Shown here in pieces: positions 58,660 through 64,000 of a stretch of 64,000 nt of DNA. The DNA comes from an uncultured delta proteobacterium (GTDB lineage Bacteria > Myxococcota > UBA727 > VGSZ01): the NCBI GenBank assembly GCA_963775425.1, contig CAVZJB010000005.1, positions 608,001-672,000 on the forward strand, given 5' to 3'. Both the position numbers and the translations under genes were made by a program. The first letter of the stretch is position 1, and each line of letters opens with the position of its first letter. The notes under the pieces are model-generated. The model had not been told where the DNA came from, did not search any database, and saw only the letters and a program-made list of their open reading frames with translations.

Positions 58660-59636
58660 TGGGGGCGAAGGTTGGCTCGTCCTCGACAGAGGACATCCTG
58701 GCTGGGGGGCGTGCGAGAATGTTGAGCCGGTTCGACGCAATCGACGCCATCAAGCCGTGGGTTCCTTTGAAATATCGCATCCGGCTGGTCGAAGCTCGCT
58801 TCAAGGCACGCCTGCCGTCCTCCCCGTTTCGCATGCTCCCGCAAGCGCTGTTCATCGGGGCCATGCGCTGCGGAACCAGCTCGCTCTACAAGTATCTCGG
58901 ACGCCACCCGAACGTCGTACCGTCGTTGCGGAAAGAAGTCCGCTTCTTCTCCCAGGAGTTTGCGCGCGGCGAGCTCTGGTACCGCGCCCACTTCCCGTCC
59001 GTCGTCGAGAAGACGGTCCTCGCATCGTTCGGGAGGACCCTGGCCACGTTCGAGAGCTCGCCGGACTACATGCTCAGTCCCTACGCGGCTTCGCGCGCGG
59101 CACGAATGCTCCCGCACACCAAGATCGTAGCGCTCTTGCGGAATCCCGTGGCTCGCGCGTTCTCCCACTACAAGCACATGCTCTCCAAGGGTTTGGAGTC
59201 GCTCGGCTTCGCGGAAGCTCTCAAGCGAGAGCGTGAGCGCCTGGAGCCGGATCTCGAGAAGATGAAGCGAAATCCGCTCTACATGGGGACGCGATTCCGG
59301 CGCTTCTCGTACGTGACCCGGGGCCTCTACGCCGAGCAGCTCGAGCGATGGATGAGCCTCTATCCCGCACAGCAGATTCTCGTCCTCGATGCCGATCGCT
59401 TCTTCTCCAACCCACCCTCGATCTTCGACGAGATCCTTCGATTTCTCGATCTCCCTGTTTGGGCGCCGCCGCAGTTTCGCAACCATTCGTACCTCAGCGA
59501 CCGCGAGCGCGAGAGCCGCGCCACGGTTCGACTCAAGCCTCGCGATCGCGAAGCACTCGAGGAGAGGTTCGCGGAGCCGAACCGGCGCCTGCGCGACCTG
59601 CTCGGTGGCAAAGCGGGTGGGTTCTCCTGGCTCTAG
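58659..59636 (+). CDS. PAPS-dependent sulfotransferase (heparan-sulfate sulfotransferase-like fold)
   Basis: 5'-PSB motif IGAMRCGTSSLY, KEVRFF, ESSPDY, 3'-PB motif LRNPVARAFSHY, RGLYAEQL. TGATG-coupled to cysNC. Confidence 0.9.
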   Translation: MGAKVGSSSTEDILAGGRARMLSRFDAIDAIKPWVPLKYRIRLVEARFKARLPSSPFRMLPQALFIGAMRCGTSSLYKYLGRHPNVVPSLRKEVRFFSQEFARGELWYRAHFPSVVEKTVLASFGRTLATFESSPDYMLSPYAASRAARMLPHTKIVALLRNPVARAFSHYKHMLSKGLESLGFAEALKRERERLEPDLEKMKRNPLYMGTRFRRFSYVTRGLYAEQLERWMSLYPAQQILVLDADRFFSNPPSIFDEILRFLDLPVWAPPQFRNHSYLSDRERESRATVRLKPRDREALEERFAEPNRRLRDLLGGKAGGFSWL

Positions 59637-59720
59637 CGGCGACGGCTTCGCTGACAGCGCGATCTCCGTCCGCCGGGGGCGTCAAGACGTGACTTTCGAC
59701 GATGAAGAAGCGCTGCCGCG

Positions 59721-61562
59721 TTGTCGCGTGGAGGAAGCCTGACTGACAGCGCCCAGGATGAACGGCTCTCGGTCGTGCGCAAGGTCTGGCGCATCCTGTC
59801 CCAGCAGGAGCGCCGCCAATTGCTCGTCCTGCTTCCGTCAGTCGTCCTTACGGCGATCTTTGAGACCGCAGGCGTCGCGTCGATCGTGCCGTTCCTCGGC
59901 CTCCTCTCGAACCCGGACGCGATCGCCAGGAGCAAGGTCCTCTCATGGGGCTTCACCGCGGGCAGCTTTCACACGCGCGAGAGCTTCTTCTTCTGCGTCG
60001 GCCTCATCGTCTTGACGCTGATGACGACAGGCAACGGTGTCTCTGCGTTCACCACATGGCGCCTCTTGCGCTTCTCCTGGATGGGGAATCACACACTCTC
60101 TTTACGGCTGCTGGCCGACTACCTGCGCAAGCCGTACGCGTACTTTCTTCTGCAGAACACCGCGGACCTTTCGAAGAACATCCTCTCCGAGGTGCAGGCA
60201 GTCGTCACTGGCATCCTCGTGCAGGGGCTCCAACTCTCTGCGCGGGCCGTTGCTTTCATCTTCGTCATCATCGCGTTGCTCGCGGTGGATCCGGTGATGG
60301 CGGCGGGCGTGGCAGTTGCGTTCGGCGGCGTCTACGGCGGGATCTTCATGGTCGTGCGACGCAAGTTGGCACACATGGGAAAACGCCGGGTCGCAGCAAA
60401 CCAGGCGCGATTCAAGCTCGCCGCCGAGGCGCTCAGCGGGATCAAGGAGATCAAGCTGTACGGCCTCGAAGAGGCAGTTCTGCAGCGTTACAGCGGGCCG
60501 TCGACGTCGTTTGCGACCCTCCAGGCGCGCCACGCGGTGATGGCGCAGATTCCAAAGTTCCTGCTGGAGACCATTGCATTCGGCGGCCTGCTCATCATGG
60601 TCCTTTACCTGCTGGCGGTGGGGCAAACGCTCACCGATGCGCTCCCTGTTCTCGGGTTGTATGCCTTCGCCGCATACCGCGTGTTGCCGGGGCTCCAGGT
60701 CATCTTCGCCGGCGTCACCACCGTCCGGTTTCAGCTCGGCGCGCTCAACGTGCTCTATCGCGACCTCGATCGCACGCCTGCCGCCCCCCCAGTGCCGGAG
60801 CAGACCGTCAACTTCAACGAGGCGTTGGTCCTCGAAGACGTGCGTTTCAACTACGCCGGCGTTTCGAAGTCCGCGCTCGACGGCGTGAACGTGAAGCTCG
60901 CTCGTGGAGAGTGGCTCGCGCTCGTCGGTGCGACCGGGGCGGGGAAGTCCACGCTCGTGGACGTGATGCTCGGGCTCCTGGAGCCGAGCTCGGGAAGGAT
61001 CCTTCTCGACGGCGCGCCGATGGACGAGGGCCACCGGCGTGCCTGGCAAAACGTCGTGGGGTACGTGCCGCAGCAAATCTTTCTGGCGGACGATACGGTT
61101 GCCAAGAACATCGCGTTCGGGGCTCCGGGGCACGCGGTCGATCACGAGAGGATGCGGTGGGCAGCGCGCGTGGCGCAGATAGACGGCTTCATCGAGAACG
61201 AGCTCCCGTCGGGCTACGAGACGCCCGTGGGCGAAAGGGGCATTCGCCTGTCGGGCGGGCAACGGCAACGAATCGGGATTGCACGTGCGTTGTACCGCAT
61301 GCCGATGCTGATCATCCTCGACGAGGCCACCAGTGCGCTCGACGGGGAAACCGAGGCGCACTTCTTTGATGCCCTCGAGCGCGAGTTGCGCGACACCGCA
61401 GTCGTGTCCATTGCTCATCGTTTGACGACGACGAGGGACTTTGACCGGATCCTCGTCGTCGAGCAGGGCCGCATCGTGGACTCCGGTAGCTACGACGAGC
61501 TGTCGCTGCGTCACCCGATGTTCCAGCAGCAAAGCCGTGTCGGCATCGAGGTCGCTCAATGA
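59721..61562 (+). CDS. ABC transporter permease/ATPase (PglK/MsbA-like glycan flippase)
   Basis: N-terminal TM domain, GATGAGKST, LSGGQRQRIGIARALY, LDEATSALD. Located in a glycan locus. Confidence 0.88.
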   Translation: MSRGGSLTDSAQDERLSVVRKVWRILSQQERRQLLVLLPSVVLTAIFETAGVASIVPFLGLLSNPDAIARSKVLSWGFTAGSFHTRESFFFCVGLIVLTLMTTGNGVSAFTTWRLLRFSWMGNHTLSLRLLADYLRKPYAYFLLQNTADLSKNILSEVQAVVTGILVQGLQLSARAVAFIFVIIALLAVDPVMAAGVAVAFGGVYGGIFMVVRRKLAHMGKRRVAANQARFKLAAEALSGIKEIKLYGLEEAVLQRYSGPSTSFATLQARHAVMAQIPKFLLETIAFGGLLIMVLYLLAVGQTLTDALPVLGLYAFAAYRVLPGLQVIFAGVTTVRFQLGALNVLYRDLDRTPAAPPVPEQTVNFNEALVLEDVRFNYAGVSKSALDGVNVKLARGEWLALVGATGAGKSTLVDVMLGLLEPSSGRILLDGAPMDEGHRRAWQNVVGYVPQQIFLADDTVAKNIAFGAPGHAVDHERMRWAARVAQIDGFIENELPSGYETPVGERGIRLSGGQRQRIGIARALYRMPMLIILDEATSALDGETEAHFFDALERELRDTAVVSIAHRLTTTRDFDRILVVEQGRIVDSGSYDELSLRHPMFQQQSRVGIEVAQ

Positions 61563-62263
61563 GGGTGCTCGGCGTGATCCCCGCGCGGGGCGGATCGAAG
61601 GGTATTCCCCGCAAGAACCTCCATCCGGTTGGAGGTCGCCCTCTCCTCGCCTGGACGATCGACGCGGCCCGCGGCGCGCGAGGTCTCTCGCGCTGCGTCG
61701 TGAGTACCGAGGACGACGAGATCGCGGGCGTGGCGCGATCATTCGGCGGCGACGTCCCGTTTCTGCGGCCGGCGGAGCTGGCCACCGACGAAACGCCAGG
61801 GTCGGCACCAATCCTCCATGCTCTTGACGAAGTCGAAGCCCGCGACGGGGCGTCGTACGACGCGGTGATGTGCCTCCAGCCGACGTCGCCGCTGCGGACT
61901 TCCGCTGACATAGATGCGGCCCTCGCTCTCCTCGACGACGAGGTCGCCGCTGTCATCAGCGTGGCGCCCGCCCGTCACCATCCACTTTGGATGCGCACGA
62001 TGGACGAGCGGGGTCGTTTGCTTCCCTTGAGCGGCAGCTCGTTGCCTGCGCGGCGTCAGGACCTGCCGCGGGCGTACGTGCTGAACGGTGCCGTCTACAT
62101 TGCACGTCAGCACGAGTTTCGCGCGGCGCGCACATTTCACCTCGAAGGCGCGCGCGCGTACGTGATGCCGGAAGAGCGCTCCATCGATGTCGACACGCCG
62201 TTGGACGCCCAGATTGCGGGAATGCTGCTCGCCGCGCGACGGAACGAAGGTTCGGACGGATGA
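61559..62263 (+). CDS. neuA: Acylneuraminate (CMP-nonulosonate) cytidylyltransferase
   Basis: IPARGGSKGIPRKN, FLRPAELATD, LQPTSPLR, RRQDLP, NGAVY, SIDVDT. Confidence 0.93.
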   Translation: MRVLGVIPARGGSKGIPRKNLHPVGGRPLLAWTIDAARGARGLSRCVVSTEDDEIAGVARSFGGDVPFLRPAELATDETPGSAPILHALDEVEARDGASYDAVMCLQPTSPLRTSADIDAALALLDDEVAAVISVAPARHHPLWMRTMDERGRLLPLSGSSLPARRQDLPRAYVLNGAVYIARQHEFRAARTFHLEGARAYVMPEERSIDVDTPLDAQIAGMLLAARRNEGSDG

Positions 62264-63282
62264 GCGCCGCCAAGCACACCTTCATCATCGCCGAGGCCGG
62301 GGTGAACCACGACGGCGATGTGCATAAAGCGCTCGAGCTCGTCGACCTCGCTGCACGGAGCGGTGCCGACGCGGTGAAGTTCCAGACGTTCTCGGCCGAG
62401 CGGCTGGTGACGCGGGAGGCGCCGAAGGCGGAGTACCAGCAGAGAGCTTTGGGTGACGACGGCGGACAGCTCTCGATGCTGAGGAAGCTCGAGCTCGATG
62501 AGGGCGCCCATCGCGCCTTGCTCGCGCGAGCGGCTTCCCGAGGCATCGAGTTCATGTCGACGCCCTTCGACGAAGAGGCTGCGGATTTTCTCCTGAGCCT
62601 GGGCATCACGCGGATCAAGGTCCCCTCGGGGGAGTTGACCAACCTTCCATTTCTCGCGCACGTCGCGAAGTTGGGCAAACCTCTCATTGTGTCGACGGGC
62701 ATGGCGACGCTCGGCGAGCTCAATCGTGCGCTGGAGACCATCCGGAGCGAAGCGCCCGGCCTCCCGGTGACCGTCCTTCACTGTACCAGCACGTACCCGG
62801 CCGAGCCTGACGACGTGAATCTGCGCGCCATGCTCGCGATCGGCACCGCATTCGGTGTTCCGGTCGGCTACTCCGATCACACGCTCGGCATCGAGGTTCC
62901 CATCGCGGCGGCGGCGCTGGGCGCCGCCGTCATCGAAAAGCACTTCACACTCGACAAGACAGCGTCCGGCCCTGACCACGCGATGTCCCTCGACGGCGAC
63001 GAGCTCAGCGCAATGGTGCGCTCCATCCGGAACGTCGAGAGAGCCTTGGGCGACGGCGTGAAACGGCCGCGGCCGCAAGAGCGAGAAGTCGCCGCAGTGG
63101 CCCGCAAGAGCATCGTTGCGAGGAGGCTGGTCCGGCCGGGTGAGGTCATCGTCGAGGCGGACCTGGTGATGCGGAGGCCCGGAACGGGGCTCGGCGCCGA
63201 GCTGCTTCCGTTCATCGTTGGGCGGCACGCGCGCGTAGAGATCCCGGAAGGCACTCTCGTCACGCTCGAGCACCTCACGTGA
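62260..63282 (+). CDS. neuB: N-acetylneuraminate / legionaminate synthase
   Basis: FIIAEAGVNHDG, GADAVKFQ, STPFD, STGMA, LHCTSTYP, GYSDHT, IEKHFTLD, C-terminal SAF domain. Confidence 0.93.
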   Translation: MSAAKHTFIIAEAGVNHDGDVHKALELVDLAARSGADAVKFQTFSAERLVTREAPKAEYQQRALGDDGGQLSMLRKLELDEGAHRALLARAASRGIEFMSTPFDEEAADFLLSLGITRIKVPSGELTNLPFLAHVAKLGKPLIVSTGMATLGELNRALETIRSEAPGLPVTVLHCTSTYPAEPDDVNLRAMLAIGTAFGVPVGYSDHTLGIEVPIAAAALGAAVIEKHFTLDKTASGPDHAMSLDGDELSAMVRSIRNVERALGDGVKRPRPQEREVAAVARKSIVARRLVRPGEVIVEADLVMRRPGTGLGAELLPFIVGRHARVEIPEGTLVTLEHLT

Positions 63283-64000
63283 GGAGCATCGCCGTCGTCA
63301 CCGTCGGTCGCTCGGACTGGGGCATCTACCAGTCGCTGCTGGCGGCCCTGCGTCGGCGAGTCGACGTGCGCCTGAAGATCCTCGCGTCGGGGATGCACGT
63401 CTCCCCGGCCTTCGGCATGACGGTCCGCCGCGTCGAGGCAGCGTTCCCCGGCATCGTCGAGCGGGTCGAGATGGACCTGTCCGAAGACACCCCAGAGAAG
63501 ATAGGCGTCGCCATCGGAGCGGGCGTCTCAGGCTTCGCGAAGAGCTTCGCCCGCGAGCGCCCCGACATCGTTGTCGTCCTCGGAGATCGGTTTGAGATGT
63601 TCAGCGCTGCCGCCGCCGCTGTGCCGTTCCTGCTTCCGATCGCTCACCTCCACGGGGGGGAACGGACGGAGGGGGCAATCGACGAACAACTGCGGCACGC
63701 GATCACCAAGCTGAGCCATCTCCACTTCGTCGCCGCAGAAGCCTATGCGGTGCGTGTCCGCCAACTCGGGGAGGAGCCTTGGCGTGTGATCGTTGCGGGC
63801 GCGCCTGCCCTCGACACGCTCTCGACGCAGGCGCCGCTCGCCGTCGATGAGTTGGCGCGTCGATTGGGTGGCTTCGAGGTGACCCGGCCTTTCTTGCTCT
63901 GCACGTTTCACGCTGTGACGCTCGAGCCCACAGAAGTCGAGGCCCAAGGAAACGCCCTTCTGGCCGCGCTGGATCGGGTCAACCTGCCGGTTCTCTTCAC
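63279..64000 (+). CDS. neuC: UDP-N-acetylglucosamine 2-epimerase (hydrolysing); truncated by window edge
   Basis: Not in the ORF track. GTGA overlap with neuB. VTVGRSDWG, SGMHVSPAFG, LGDRFEM, AHLHGGERTEGAIDEQLRHAITKLSHLHF. Confidence 0.92.
   Translation, partial: MRSIAVVTVGRSDWGIYQSLLAALRRRVDVRLKILASGMHVSPAFGMTVRRVEAAFPGIVERVEMDLSEDTPEKIGVAIGAGVSGFAKSFARERPDIVVVLGDRFEMFSAAAAAVPFLLPIAHLHGGERTEGAIDEQLRHAITKLSHLHFVAAEAYAVRVRQLGEEPWRVIVAGAPALDTLSTQAPLAVDELARRLGGFEVTRPFLLCTFHAVTLEPTEVEAQGNALLAALDRVNLPVLF

Overview
High-GC bacterial chromosomal window with Myxococcota hallmarks: two MYXO-CTERM proteins, an AglRQS-type motor, PEGA, kelch and FG-GAP lipoproteins, and an FHA/Ser-Thr kinase pair. It holds about 50 protein-coding genes. 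I saw no rRNA, tRNA, CRISPR array, integrase or transposase. Housekeeping genes include degP, pcm, rpmE, prfA, moaD/moaE and fabD-fabG-acpP-fabF. The most interesting locus is a minus-strand operon at 2518-7888: PP2C phosphatase, YegI-like kinase, nicotinamidase, TerY-like vWA protein and NrtR. It is preceded by a near-consensus sigma70 promoter overlapped by a GT-N7-AC NrtR-type palindrome, which suggests a TerY-phosphorylation triad controlled by ADP-ribose from NAD+ breakdown. Other notable items are an orphan Ntox28-like toxin with no adjacent immunity gene (9655-11181) and many apparently leaderless genes. From about 50.5 kb there is a compositionally distinct polysaccharide locus: frameshifted beta-barrel, short OPX, Wzc, UpxY, cysD/cysNC, sulfotransferase, ABC flippase and neuABC, predicting a sulfated, nonulosonic-acid-containing polymer. 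All calls come from reading motifs by eye. No database searches were run.
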